This document shows positions 26,310-39,428 of a DNA stretch of 64,000 nucleotides, one piece after another. The stretch's first letter is position 1. Every line of letters starts with the position of its first letter. The stretch is from NCBI GenBank assembly GCA_050084985.1, contig JBITNC010000001.1, positions 28,024,001-28,088,000 of the forward strand. Reading direction: 5' to 3'. The notes below the pieces were generated by a model, which did no database searches, was not told the origin of the DNA, and saw nothing but the letters and a program-made list of their open reading frames with translations. Origin of the DNA: Nageia nagi. Its lineage: Eukaryota > Plantae > Pinophyta. The translations under genes were made by a program, and so were the position numbers.

Positions 26310-27250
26310 TTGTTAATTTGGATTTAAAAAAAAAAATCAGATAGGTGTCAAATTTTAAAATTCGGGAACAGGAAATTCGGGTAAAAACCACCAAAAATAC
26401 TATAGAAGGAAATAAGTTTTAAAATTTGGGAAAATTCAGGGCTCCTGAAAATTTGCGAATATTCAGGAGTTAGGAAAATGTATCGCCTTCTTAGTTTTCC
26501 CTCTAGAATGTTCGAAGTTTTTGGGGGACGTCCAATGGTCCCCAAGATGGCTGGACATCCCCCAACGTCCATGGAATGAGATGCCTGGGCATTAGGGGTT
26601 AGGGACAAAGATGCCAAAGGGATGCCCAACCATCCTGGGGATGGAGATGCCAAAGGGATGTCCAACCATCCTAGGGATAGAGATGTCAAAGGGATGCCCA
26701 ACCATCCTAGGGACGAAGATGACAAGGGGATGCCCATCCATCTTGGGGATGCCTAGACATCCTTCATGTGGTTGGGAAATTGCATGTCTATCCTAAGGCG
26801 CCAATTTCTAGCCTTTGATGATGTCAAAGCCTGAGAAATTGTGCCTAGCTGGGAGACGGAGCAAACTTGATTGAATCCCCAAATTTCCAAGCCTAAACTT
26901 GTCTGAAACAAGATCCTTTACTGGCCTGTGTCTTCTAATTCCAACTCTCACAAACTCTAAGAAATTACCCCATCTCCATTGGCCTCATTCAAGACCCAAA
27001 AATCATGATCTCTAGTGAATTTGCTTGAATTCTAGCACCTTGGCTTCAAAATTGGTGATAGGATGCTCATAATCATTTCAAGGTCTTCAACAGAAAATCT
27101 ACATGAATTGCTCCTTGCAATCATCTTTGCACTGTTCAGAATCAACTATCTATCGCCTAAAGCCAATCTCTAGGCAATGCACCTCATTACCTTTGCAAAA
27201 ATTGGGTCCCCAAAATCTTGTATTTTGGGGTGTGTTGTGCAGGCACAACA
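26310..27250. mobile_element. Terminal fragment of a B-like element with ~30-bp tandem repeats
   Basis: GGGATGCCCAACCATCCT(G/A)GGGAT..AGATG units at ~26590-26760; ends in the same GGGTCC.CAAAAT..ATTTTGGGG..TGTTGTGCAGGCACAACA terminus as element B; left limit approximate. Confidence 0.5.
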
Positions 27251-30200
27251 GGTTCAGGTAACATTTTGGATTGAAATTAAGCTTTTTCTAAAATCCTTGG
27301 TGATTTTTTTTAAAAAACTAAGATCCAAACCCTCATTCTTGGAAAGTGGAAAATTTTGAAAATTTAAAATTTTTGGAGAACAATTGTGAAAGCCATTTTG
27401 GATACCCTCTTCCGTGCTATAAAGATTGCATGGATTAAAGTTCGAAAAAGAACACAAAAACAAGGATCTTACTAGGCATGGGTTTTCACCATGATTCCTT
27501 GCAAATTTCCAAAAATCATTAAATGACCTCCAAAACCAACGCCTTGTCCAAAAATCCATTTTTGAGATCCAAAATTTCTAAAAACTTTGGCAAAACATCT
27601 TAGAAATCCATTGCCTATCCATCCATGAGGTTTTGAGATCATTTAGAGCACTTTTGAAAACATTTCACAAATCACCCCTCCATCTTTTGCCATTTTTCCA
27701 GATCTATCAAAAACAAATAAAATCAGTTATCTTGAATATCTCAAAATTCGAAGTGTTTGCGTAATCGAAACAAACACGAAAAATAAGCACACTTGATGAG
27801 AGAATAAGACCAATGTTCCATGGAGTTTCTAGGACAAGAGGTATGACAAGACCCATCTCCAGGATAGGCGGTACGTCAATACGTGTCTCCAGGACGGGGG
27901 GTACGATGATATGAGTCTCCGGGATGGGGGGTGGGGCTTGGGTTCAATTTTGGGTACAATAAGGTACGGCAATATTCAATATATAATAAAATTATAAATA
28001 TATATTAAAAAGTATTGAAATTTTTTAGTTTTAAATATTCCATGTGAAATTCAGAAATTGTAAATCATAATTCATTATCATAGTCATAGATACATATCAT
28101 ATGTGACAAACCACAATGTGAAAAGTAAACATAATCATATCATATGAGAGTCTGAAACTCTAACCAGTTGAACAACGAATAGTAAATATTGAATGCCAAA
28201 ATGTCAAAACATATCATATGACTCATGAGACTCGAGAGTGAAAACATTCCATATGATAATCTGATATAAGAAGTAGAACATAGCAAAATGTCAAAAGATA
28301 TGACAAAACAAACTCAAAGCATCACACTTGGTTTATTTCTCTTCAAGTTGGAGAAATGTTTCTCTATGGGGGGACGCCTAGCAGTTTCGAGGACAGCTGG
28401 GCGTCCCCCCACATCCCCGAAACAGCCACGCGTACCTGATATGTGTGGTCGTTTTGAGGACATCAAGAGGATGCCTAGTCATCCCCGAAACGGCTAGGCA
28501 TCCCCCCGAATGGAGAAACGTTTCCCCAACTTTTCCAAAAGTGCAGTACAAGGGGGGATGTTTCATACCAGTCCCCAAGTACCCAAATTGGGGGAAATAG
28601 CAAAACGAGGGTACTAGGGGTGGGTACACGTCCCCATGAAACACAAAATAAGACCCAACAATCATTTTCACTTAGCCATGGGTTCTTCCCCATCTTTTCA
28701 AGCCATTGTTTAAGCTAGAAACTCATTTTTGACTTGTCAAAAATCACCTAAAAACCAATGAGTTATTTCGAACCTCAAAAACTCAATTTTTTTTATTAAA
28801 TCGATGCATAATGCTTCTTGATTTATTGTTCATCCATCTATGAAGCTACTTTTATATTCTGAAAAACTTTTAAATTTGACCAAAATATGCTCGTATTTCT
28901 CTAAGTCCAAAAAATTCTAAAAAGTTCCCAATCTAAGTTTTTGTCCAAAATTGCCTCAAAGATCCTCTTATGTGACAGGTTCCTTAGGAAGACTCCTAGC
29001 AAGCAAATGGTGTTTGCCACCAAGCAAGCAAGAGAAAAACAATTAGCTACGCTAATAATGGAGAGCCCCATAGTTTTTGAAAAATGAGGTAGAGTTCCTA
29101 CAAAGACAACCCCATTCAAGAATAATTTGAGCAAGATTGGAGACACCAAATGGGCTAACACAGATCCAATGGTGACTTTGCACAAGATCCAATCACTAAA
29201 ACGGGGAATCTTACTTGAAGACACTTTACAACAATCAAGGCTTATTGAAGCTTCTATGATGCCTACCGCTCCTTTTCCAGAATTGTGTCTTGAGGTTAGT
29301 AAATATTGCAACTTCGCAAATAGAGCACTTTTTGATACTTATGGAGATCAAATTTTAGACTTTACTAAAGAGGGCATCGAGAAGGTTTTTCTTGGACCAA
29401 CATAGGAATTATATACATTGTGGAGGAGTCTATCAATTTCTATGACGATTTGGGTCATCCTGGCAACCTAATCAGAGAATGGTTTAGTACCTAACCGTAA
29501 GGATTACAAGACCAAGGCATTACTCCAACCCAAATGAGGTGACTTCCATCATACTATTTCCAGGATAATTGCAATGCTAGCAAGAGTTACAAGATAGGAA
29601 AATGATCATAGGTTCCAAAAGGAGTACCTTGGCTTCATCTATCAGATTAGTGAGGTAAAGGGATTCGTTGGTGCAAGGTAATCAACGATTGCTTGGCAGA
29701 TCGATTAGCCAAAATTGAAACTATAAGTAGTTCTTCAAGAACACTTACTTGGTCTATCTGCTTCTACATTACAAGCATCGCAATATAACTACTGACATGG
29801 AACACCCTCACAATCGTAAACTCCCTATTTGGCATAGTTACCTCAATTTTTGGGTACAGAATAGGTCGAAGCACTTCAAAATGATGAACAAAAGCTTTGA
29901 GTGCTAGATTTACAGAAGCATCAAGGGATGGAAGAATATGACTAGAATATCAAATGAAGCCATATCAACTATCAAGGAAAATGCGGATTTTTACTTAAAA
30001 GACTCAAATGCAACATATATCAGAGCTTTTGGTTCTCAGTTACATCCATCCATATTGCCTCGCTTCGCTAGTGACATATTGATCCTGATGGAGTAGAGTA
30101 GGCATATGATATTTGTACATGACAAGGTATGGCTTAAAAAAACTACTGATATACATCTTCTGTCAATTACCATTGGAGAGTATACTTGCAATAAATGGAG

Positions 30201-33200
30201 TCAAATCCTGAAGATGAAACGTGAGCTAATACTCTATAGCTTTAAGTCAGAAAAGCCAGTAGGAAACTATGATCCAGAAGGGACAATTGATGATTTTTAC
30301 AAAAGGACACGAGGAACATGTTACCCCATCAAACTAGTGGAAACATTGAAAACTATAGAAATATTCGTGATCCTGCAGATATCCAAAGTGTACATGACAG
30401 ATTGGCAAGAAATAAGAAGCAGATTCAAGCAACTCTCCCATGCATAGAAATTGCAGAAAGTAGCCAGAGAAAGAATCCAATACAATCCAAAGCACCCCCA
30501 TCGCATGTCAACGCATTTGTAGCGCGAAGTAGAACATCTCCATTGTAGAAGAAGACAACACCAATGCCAACCAAAAAATCTACCAAACCAAAACCAATCA
30601 GAAAATCTACTACACCAATTCTTAAACCTCCTTTGACACTCAGGAAATCTCCACTAAATGATAACATTATTCCAGTCATATCACCAACTATACCAATGGC
30701 CCAAGGACAAGCATGCCCATACCCTACTATGAGTACTCCAGATCAGGATATCGGTAAGACAATCCAAGAGATAAAAGAAAATGTGGCAATCCTAGGAGAG
30801 ACTAGACTTGCATCACGACCTCTCAAACACCTTGAAAGGGTTGTAGAGAAATTTCCTAATGGTTCAAATATGGTTGGACAATTATATCGTGATGGCCCAA
30901 GCTCAGTAACGTCTTCCACTTCAAGTGCAAGTAGATATAAATACAACCAAACCAGTAGTGAGGAAGACAGTGACATTGAGAAGGATTGCAACATCATGGT
31001 CAATCAAGGCAGTATTGATAATAATGAGAGTGCAAGTTCATTAGAGTGTTCTCTTGATAACATTGATCACAAGGTTGATTTATTTTCAGATGAAATTAAT
31101 AATGGAATGGATTCAGATGAACTTAAAAATGCCTTCATGATAGAACATGTTATAGAGGAAGTACCCATACTAAAGGCAACTAGGCCAGCTCCATCGAAAC
31201 TTCTACACCAAAATAGGTGCCATCACCCCAAAAGAGTCCTTCACCAATAGTTCTAAGGGGGACCCCAAGAACAAGGCAAATGGCCTCTTGTTCACGCGGA
31301 AATGGAGAGGAAGAAGGTGAAGATGAAGAGCAACGATAAAAGAGAAAGCAAGTTGAACATGAGGATGATAATGAGAAAGAAGTGACCGCATTTGAAGAGC
31401 CACACCCAGGATATGAGTTTGACATGCAAGCACTTTTGGCAAATTTGAGATCATATAATCCTCCTCAAGCAAATGCAAGCATTAACATAGACAATGATGA
31501 TGTTGAACCTAAGACGATTGAGCCCATGATCTCGTATAAAGAAAAGCAGTTGAAACATACGATTTAAAAGAAAAGAATGACCTGCATTTGAAAGATACAT
31601 CCCAGGATAATGAGTTTGACAATGCAAGTACTATTTGAAATTTGAGAAATACACTAAGCAAATGAAGCATTAAATAGACATTGATGATGTGAAAAAGACT
31701 GATTTGAACATGATCTTATGAAAGATGCAATCCATATGTTGAAGAAAAAAATTCTTCCAAAAGGAATCAAGCAAGGGAGATCTGCTACTATTTAAATTAA
31801 GGTTGGCTTCCATGAGAAAGAATTGTTCATGGAAGACAACTCTATTGTATACTAATTGTAGCTTTGGATGAAAAGACAACTATACAAGTGCATATAGAAG
31901 AAATTGAAATAGACCAAAAGATAAGTTGGTCGACTCTAAAAATTTAAAAAACGAATCGCAACCAAATATTGACATTAAGATATTACGAAGGAAACTTCAA
32001 CTGAATATGGAATTCAGTTTAAGGATTGGGGTAACACATATGAACATTCAAGGGTTTCCCAAGAGATCGATTCTTCATAGAAGAAGTACTTATATATCAA
32101 AACAAATTGAGAATTTTCGAGATGAGAAAGAACTTTACCAATGAGGATGAAGAAATTCCACAATAAACATAGAGCTTAATATTGCAAGATTTATTAACAT
32201 TTCAAAAATCCGATCCTGCACAAATGATCGACAATTAGCTTTATTAATACAAGTGGAACTATTGACAAGAAGTTTTTCATATTATGGAATGTGGATTATC
32301 TTGAACTAGCAATTCTTTTGACTTGAACTTCGTCTTCTTTAAACTTAGGTTTAGAACTTTTCAAATTTTTTAGCGTGGATCATTTAATCGTGTTTCTCAC
32401 AAATTTTCATGTTGATGTTTGAATCTAATTTTCTTACATCTATTATCTACCTAAATCTTTCATTCGAAACGAAATTCGAGAAAGTACATTTTGTGATAAG
32501 ATCATTTGATTGCTTATCGATCCTTGAAAACAAATACCGATAATCAGCATTGCTTTTTGTTCCTTTTTTGAACATAAGTCGACCTTAGGTTGTTTATTTT
32601 CAAGATTGAAAGAATTCAAATGAAATTTCAAAACAAATACTGAAGTAAGAAAACTTAGACAATGCTTCATTGTGGTTTCTTCTTTGAGTTTTAACCAATA
32701 TTGTATTGTTTCATTCTCGTTTTAGTTTTCCTTTCTTTTACTTTTCTTTAAAAATCTAAACAAATTTCAAACTTTGCATGAAATACTTAGGTACCCTTGT
32801 TAAAAAATGTCGAAAATATCCATTGTCTTTTAAATCAACAGTTCTATAACCAAGGATACTATTTGCAATTTCTTTTAAATTTACAATTTCTTTAAACCTT
32901 TGGATTTGAGTCCTTTCAAAAGGGTATTGGTAACGCGGCCTCACCTAAGTGTTGTAGAACTCTTTTTCAGTTTGTCATATTTCGACGACATGTGTTAGAG
33001 GAAAGAGAAACCTCCCAACAAAGTGAATCCTTAATGGATTACCAGGTCTCCACAGTAGTAGTGGTGGAGTGAACCCTTAATGGATTTCTAAGACTCCGTA
33101 GCAATAATGGCAAAGTGGATCCTTAATGGATTGACAGGACACAATAGTAATAGTGGTGGAAGATACTCTCCTATAGTTTCCTGTCTACAAGAGGAATTTG

Positions 33201-33848
33201 GATGAACTCCAAAAAAGGTAGAAGGTTATCAAATCAAGCATATCCAATGAAGTCAAGTGATCCTCCCTAACTAGCCTCTCTTTCTTTTCTAGTTAGACAT
33301 CCCATATATGTGTCTAAATCTCACCTAGGAATCATGCAAAGTTGGGCGTCCAACCTAGGAATCTTCTCATGTGTCTTGGGATTATAATTATCACATCCAA
33401 GGTGCCCAATTCATTGGAATATGGACGTCCCATTAGGATTAAAAATTACATTAAATGACCACTAAGGGGCCTTTAACATGGAGATCCAATTTTGAGACTC
33501 AAAATTGCCTCAATAAATTACAAATTTGCCTTGGAATCATACAATAAGAATATTGGGCATTAATTATGCCCCACTTATTATAACAATACTAAAAGATACT
33601 CCTAATTACATAAAATAACTCCTACTTACCCCTAGAAGAGGGACGTTCCACTTAGAGATGCATAATTTGGCATCTAGAAGTGTAAATCCATCAGATACAA
33701 GTGTAATTCATCTAATGACATGAAAAGACACCTAAACACTAAGAAATCATAAAATTCCCTCCTAAAGGAGGAACGTCCCACGTCATGAGCAAAATATAAA
33801 TAATGTTAAAGTGTCTAGGAGTGGAACCCCCAATTTTGGGTCATTACA
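27251..33848 (+). mobile_element. Element C: retrotransposon-derived segment with a decayed ORF homologous to that of B (~29007-32100)
   Basis: IGDTKWANTD..EASMMPTAPFPELCLEVSKYC aligns by eye with B VGDTDWRNLD..NAAMMPFAVPFPNLCSEVARKC; LTR-type end GGGTCATTACA at 33848; left end not found. Confidence 0.7.
27811..28646. mobile_element. hAT-type MITE
   Basis: Perfect 8-bp TSD AATAAGAC (27803-27810 / 28647-28654); imperfect TIR CAATGTTCCATGG / CCATGAAACACAA. Confidence 0.8.
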
Positions 33849-34463
33849 TGCAAATCGCTGATTGACAAAAGACTTAAGTGCTGCCACACCAAAACAACAC
33901 AAATTTGCATCTTAAAACCAGATTTTCAGAGATTTGGATGAATCTCACAAACATCAAGTGTGATTTTTTATGATCTCTTTTTCAATTTCATTCAAGCATT
34001 TTTTTTTTTGAGAATCAAACTAATTTTTTTAAGGCTTCTCTTTTTTCATTCAAGCGTAATTTTTTATTCAAGTGTAATTTCATTCAAGTGTAATTTTTTG
34101 TGGTCTCTTTTTTTTCATTCAAGTTTTCAACAGCCAACTGTTGCATTTGTTTTTCACTTGTCAATGTCTAAAGTTTGAACTAGAATTTCCAGCATTTTTT
34201 TTTTAAATTGAAATTCAATGCAAATTTGCAAGATTTTTTTTAATACGGGTAAAGAGTTAAAGTGGGTTTTCCAAAAAACAAGGCCCCAAAACCTGTATTT
34301 ACAAAAAATTTATAGATATTCAACAATAGGACACATCTTTCCTAAAACTATCATCTAAGAGTCACTGTAGTTGCCACCTTACTAGCTATGGGAAACTATC
34401 CTTTCTTTCCATTCATTGATCACACCATCCTCTCACAGGTTGCACCAATGAACTCCAATCCAA

Positions 34464-36910
34464 CTAAAAAGTGGAGTCCTTGTTGAAGCACTCCCATAGG
34501 AACTCAATTTCCATCTGAGACAAGACTTCAGCATTCTGAACCGGGATAGCCATATGAACCTCCTTTTGCGTAGAGGCCAAGGTGACCATCCCTCACTTTC
34601 CCCCAAATCGCTGTTTGTTATACCAAGGGAATTGGGAGGCCTTCAACGCTTGTATGACCATTCTGACATCCCGCCACTCCTTTCCTCATCGGCCATTTCT
34701 TCCCCATTCCGCAAAATGCCTACGTTTGCCATCCATTTCTTGAACTTCATCTTTGAAATCAAGCTTTTCATCTTGTTGGGCCCACCTAAGTCCTCACCAA
34801 GTTTGTCCCCCATCGGACAAGAATCCTCTCTAACCTCTTCACTCTTCTGACCCTAATATGTCATAGAAACCATAGGTAGAGTTTCCTCCGCATCCTACTT
34901 CCACTAGAGAAGTTGATGGAGACTTGATCATAAGCTTGTGGCCTCCATAACCAAGTCCTCGTCCTCCTCATCAAAAACAATTCTAAATTTCTCCTTCCTC
35001 CTAGAAGAAGCCACTTCTTCTTCCAAATTTGACAGACAATCCTCCAATTCTGAAGATACAACCACATTAACTAGAGAAGCTTATGGTCTTTCCACAAACG
35101 AGAGTCGTAGTAGTGACCTACTTGATGAACCTGATTCGACAAACGCCTAGGGATTATCCTAAGGGGGTCTTGGTTGTTACTGAAGCAGTAGTCTCACCCT
35201 TCTAGCCCCCCTATGCTCAAAGTCCACCAAGATTTTAATCAGCCCCTGGTGGATAGGGACCGCCCCTCTATTTCTCCTGATATAAATATCAAGAATGTGG
35301 AAAAGAAACTATAGCAAATTTACCTTGTACATACCTTTGAAGTGGCACATCAAGACAAGGTGGTAGTTGTAGAACTTTGAGTATCTTCCTTCCATTGTGA
35401 AGAGCTTCACAATTGCCTTGGATATCTCATTCCAAGGATAAAGGATTGACTCGATTGGGTAAGCAATGTGATGATCCAAAAATTAAATTCAACCACAATG
35501 ATCAAATTCAGACCATCAAACCCAAACGTCAAGTCTAGGGCATCAAACACAACCCAACAAACCCTCAAGATGCCAATATTAAGGTTAAGTCAATTAATGC
35601 ACACCACAAAAATGGAAATACACCAGAGTCTAGCAATTACAAGCATGTAGCAATGAACAACACATCAGAATGCTAACGTCTGGCTCATACATGCACAATC
35701 CGATCAACAATACATCATAATGCCATCGCATGGTAAATAAAAGCATATACAACCATCAAGATCCAACGCATGCACAAGTATAAAACGCACAACACAATAA
35801 TGAGATCCAATGCCCTTTGGATGTATACAAAAGATATCAAAAGCCGCAATACAATACCAAGCCCTAATGGGAAGTCATTAGCCTCCAAGGAACCAACTAG
35901 GGCACAATATTCAATATCTCCAATCACTGGATGAACTACAAAACCATGGGACAGATCTTCTCCCTCAAACCTCAAATCCTCTCCATCGAAGGAGCCTTCC
36001 TCAAACTCTGGATAAACAACCGAATGGTAGAATTAAACCCTCGGAATTCAACCGGATGGGTAAAGGTGCTCCACCAATGTCGTAAACAGACAAGATCCCT
36101 CAACCTGAATGCCCTCTAGACGCTCCGCCTAGGAATAGTTGCTTAGCACCGCTAAGATTTGGTGTCCAAAGAACTATAGTTGAAGTAAAAATCATCAATG
36201 TTGTCCAATAATGAAGCTCTAATGTCTATTTATACATTATATCATGTCTGGATCTCACCTACGAGTCATCCCAAGCCCATCTAATCCAACGTTGAGCTTT
36301 CGGGGAGCCCATTCACTTAAAGTGCCAAGGTGGGGGTCCTAGGACCTTCATAAGCCAACTTGGGGGTGTGGAGCCCTCCCAAGTGTGGCGCTAGCATGCA
36401 GGTGGCTAATCTAGACTTAGGAGGGAGATGTCCCACTTGAGGCTCATAGTGGGGTCCATTAACCCATTAAGTCTCCTATCCTAAGTTACAATAATGCAAA
36501 TACTAGTACATGAATAGAGTATATTACAAGGGTGACCAATCTAATCCCCCTAACAAAACAAATGGGGTATCCCAAGCCGATTTCCTTTTCTCCAGTAAAT
36601 GCACTCCTTGCCCATAGAAAGCCTGCACTTCCGCTACTGGTGTGCGCATCTCCCTACAATTCCTCGTCCCTGAGTTAGCCATGCCCATAGTTGCCTCAAT
36701 CAACTCTACATTAATTAAGAATTGGCAACCATCCACTACCACCCTACCTTCGTCCCAAGATTCAAACACCTGCCTAGACCAGCTCTAATTATGGCCATTC
36801 ATAGCATCTATGAATCCATCGATACCCCCATTGCAAAGGATCTGCCAAACCATCGGATCTATCTTGAATTCCTCTCTAGAGGCCGGTTCTAGACACTTAT
36901 AGCCCGTCAT
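34464..36910 (-). pseudogene. L1 ORF3 (~450 codons after removing the nested LTR), same strand as ORF1/ORF2
   Basis: MTGYKCLEPASREEF...SWDEGRVVVDG...[LTR]...YPWNEISKAIVKLFTMEGRYSKFYNYHLVLMCHF...PIHQGLIKIL; lies between zf-RVT and the poly(A), inside the TSD. Confidence 0.7.
35459..36528 (-). mobile_element. Solo LTR (LTR-A related) nested in L1 ORF3
   Basis: Shares GCCTCCAAGGA.CCAACTAGGG and GGAGATGTCCCACTT motifs with LTR-A; ends ATTACA; left end eroded. Confidence 0.75.
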
Positions 36911-37885
36911 CTTGTTTGCATGCAAAACACACGATGAGTACCTACGAGTGCTTCTTTCTAAATCACAATTCTCAACTTGCCACCCCAGCACACCAATCTC
37001 GACCCTCCATCTACCCCATCAACTTCCTAAGTGAATGGGTAGAATTGGCTCAGGTGGTCCACCGTCTCCTCATCACTATAGCAGAGCGAACATCTATTTA
37101 CCAAAACTTGTCCCTTCTTTCTACGATTGTCAATTGTTAGGATCCTTTTCCTAAAAATCCGCCATAGGAAGTGAGTTACCTTTGGGGTGACTCCTTTGAT
37201 CGATACCTTTTTAATAGGAAAGGAGGTGTCTTCTACAACCAAGAGGGTAAGTGTATCCTTATTTTACAGAATACACACCCCCTTTCCCAGGTTTCCATCT
37301 TGGGATATCAAGGTCATTTTCCACCAGTAGCAAGGGAACTGTGGCATATTATTCACTACTTCTATTGCTATAGAGAGGTCTTGGCTTGGTGGCCGTAGCA
37401 ACTTCCACTTTCTTTGTCTATCATTCTCCTCCATGTTGAATCTGTATAAGTGACCTTTCCTATAGCCATTCATCTGCCCAAAATCTAACCTCTTTTCCAT
37501 TATCAATAGACCAAGTAGAATTTTCCTTCAGAAGATGCCTAACTCTGATGAGACCTTTCCAGAAGGCCAACCCACATTACCGTAAGTCAACCTAAATGAA
37601 GTTTAATCCCTCAAACAAATATTTGTTTTGGAAGATTCCCACCCACTTCCTTTCCTTGCTAGTACTTGTCTTCCATGCCTGTCTCCTTCTTAGCACCATA
37701 TTAAATTGTTTCAACCTATGAAGCCCTAGACCTCCCTGATACCTAGGTTTACATACTTTGGTCCAACTTACTAAAGCTACTCTTTTCTTTTCCTCCATCC
37801 TAGTCCACAGGAACCTGTTAAAAATCTGGTCAATTTGATCACATATACCAATAAGGATCTCAAAGACAAAGGCGCAATAAACATG

Positions 37886-39428
37886 TGATAAGTTAAAATA
37901 ATGACACTCCAAATTCCCCCAGGGCTGTCACTACCCTCCCCTTAGTGATCCTCACACCTGTTATTGGGAAGGGACCAGTTAACTCAAAGAGCTGGTACAC
38001 CAACACTCAGGAAAGCCTTTAGTTGTCTCTCACTAAATGTGGAGTATCAACATTTATCCTCTTCATTACTTTTATCAAGTCCGGGAGGTGTTCAAGGCTG
38101 TATGCTATTGAGCTCTGATCTCTAAGCTGTATCTACTTCAAGCAAGATGGCAGAAAGCAAATGTGCAGAACTGAACGTTGCAGAATTGAAAGTACAGGAA
38201 TCTGAAATACTAAAAGAGAGACAAACTGGAAAATACTGAACTTAAAGCAAACTCACATTTAAACTTGGGAAGTACAGAAAGATAAAAGAGTCTTCTACCA
38301 GTTGGAGTGGGCCCTTGCTCCTCTTGGTGGAAGACTTAAAGAACTCAGAACTGGAAACTCTTTAACTGATCACTTTATTGCTGCATGCAGTTCGTCCTAC
38401 ACAGAATGTGCTTGACAAATCTAGAGCTTCAACACAATAATCTATTCACACAATACTCTCTTAATTTTCTAACCCCCCTACCATCAACAACTGAGGTATT
38501 TAATATCCTCCATTGTTTAACAATAGGCTGGTCAAAAATAACAATAATCTGAACAATATTCAGAATCCCTTATTCCTAGAATCAAAACTAACTTAGTGCT
38601 AAAATCATCATACTAATAAATGTATGCTCTTATTTAAGGAGAGCTACAATCCCTTGAGAAAAGGACAGCTCATCCAAATGAGATGGCACTATCCTAGCTA
38701 GACATAAATAGCCTAACACATAGATTTTGGAGTCAAACATAATCCACAAAACAAGAATTGACTCTGAGAATATTAGTGTGTTTGAAATCATGCTTCAGGC
38801 TAAATCTGGAGCAGTTCGATTTGCACAAATGTAGGAATTCTGCCAAGTGGACGTAGAGCTGCTGATAGGGTCAACTGAAATAGTCAATCTTCCGAACTTC
38901 AAGTCTGGAATGGATGCTTCAGATGAGTCTGGAGCGGCAGCTCCAGACATGTCTAGAACAGATACCTCAAATGTGTCTGAATATGAGCCTTAGCCATGTA
39001 AAATGAACTTTGAATGTGTCTGGAGCGAAACTCCAAACAAAGCCAAGAACAAGGATTGGAGCTTCAAACAAGTTTGGAACAAAGGCGCCAGACAAGTTTA
39101 ACTCCACATTGCCAAGTATGATACCAGATGTGTCTGGCGCTGAGCTCCAGACAACTCAGAAGTCATTTGAAAACCTTCCTGACAATGCTTGTGAACCAGC
39201 CATGTTGCCACTCAGCACTCCAAAAAGTAGAATGAAGCATTTTGACTTAAAACAGACACACAAATATCATCAGTACACACAAAATACCAACAAAAGGAAA
39301 GTATGCATTCCATCATAAATTAAGCAAATAAGTAGTTAAGCAGTTAGAATTCATCATTGTATAGTGTCCAAATATACAAAATAGATCATAAGACCAGGTC
39401 AAAAACAGGTGGTTTTTGAGACTCATCA
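37886..39428. mobile_element. Solo LTR (different family) nested in L1 ORF2
   Basis: TGATAAGT...ACTCATCA termini; perfect 5-bp TSD ACATG; removing it restores ORF2 ...VQSMHVYCAFVFE... Confidence 0.88.

Noticed and set aside
26590-26760. ~30-bp repeats resembling a CRISPR array; ORF 26348-26737 with a repeated LGWLGIPL motif
   Set aside because: Head-to-tail units without unique spacers, eukaryotic TE context, no cas genes; the ORF is a by-product of the repeat
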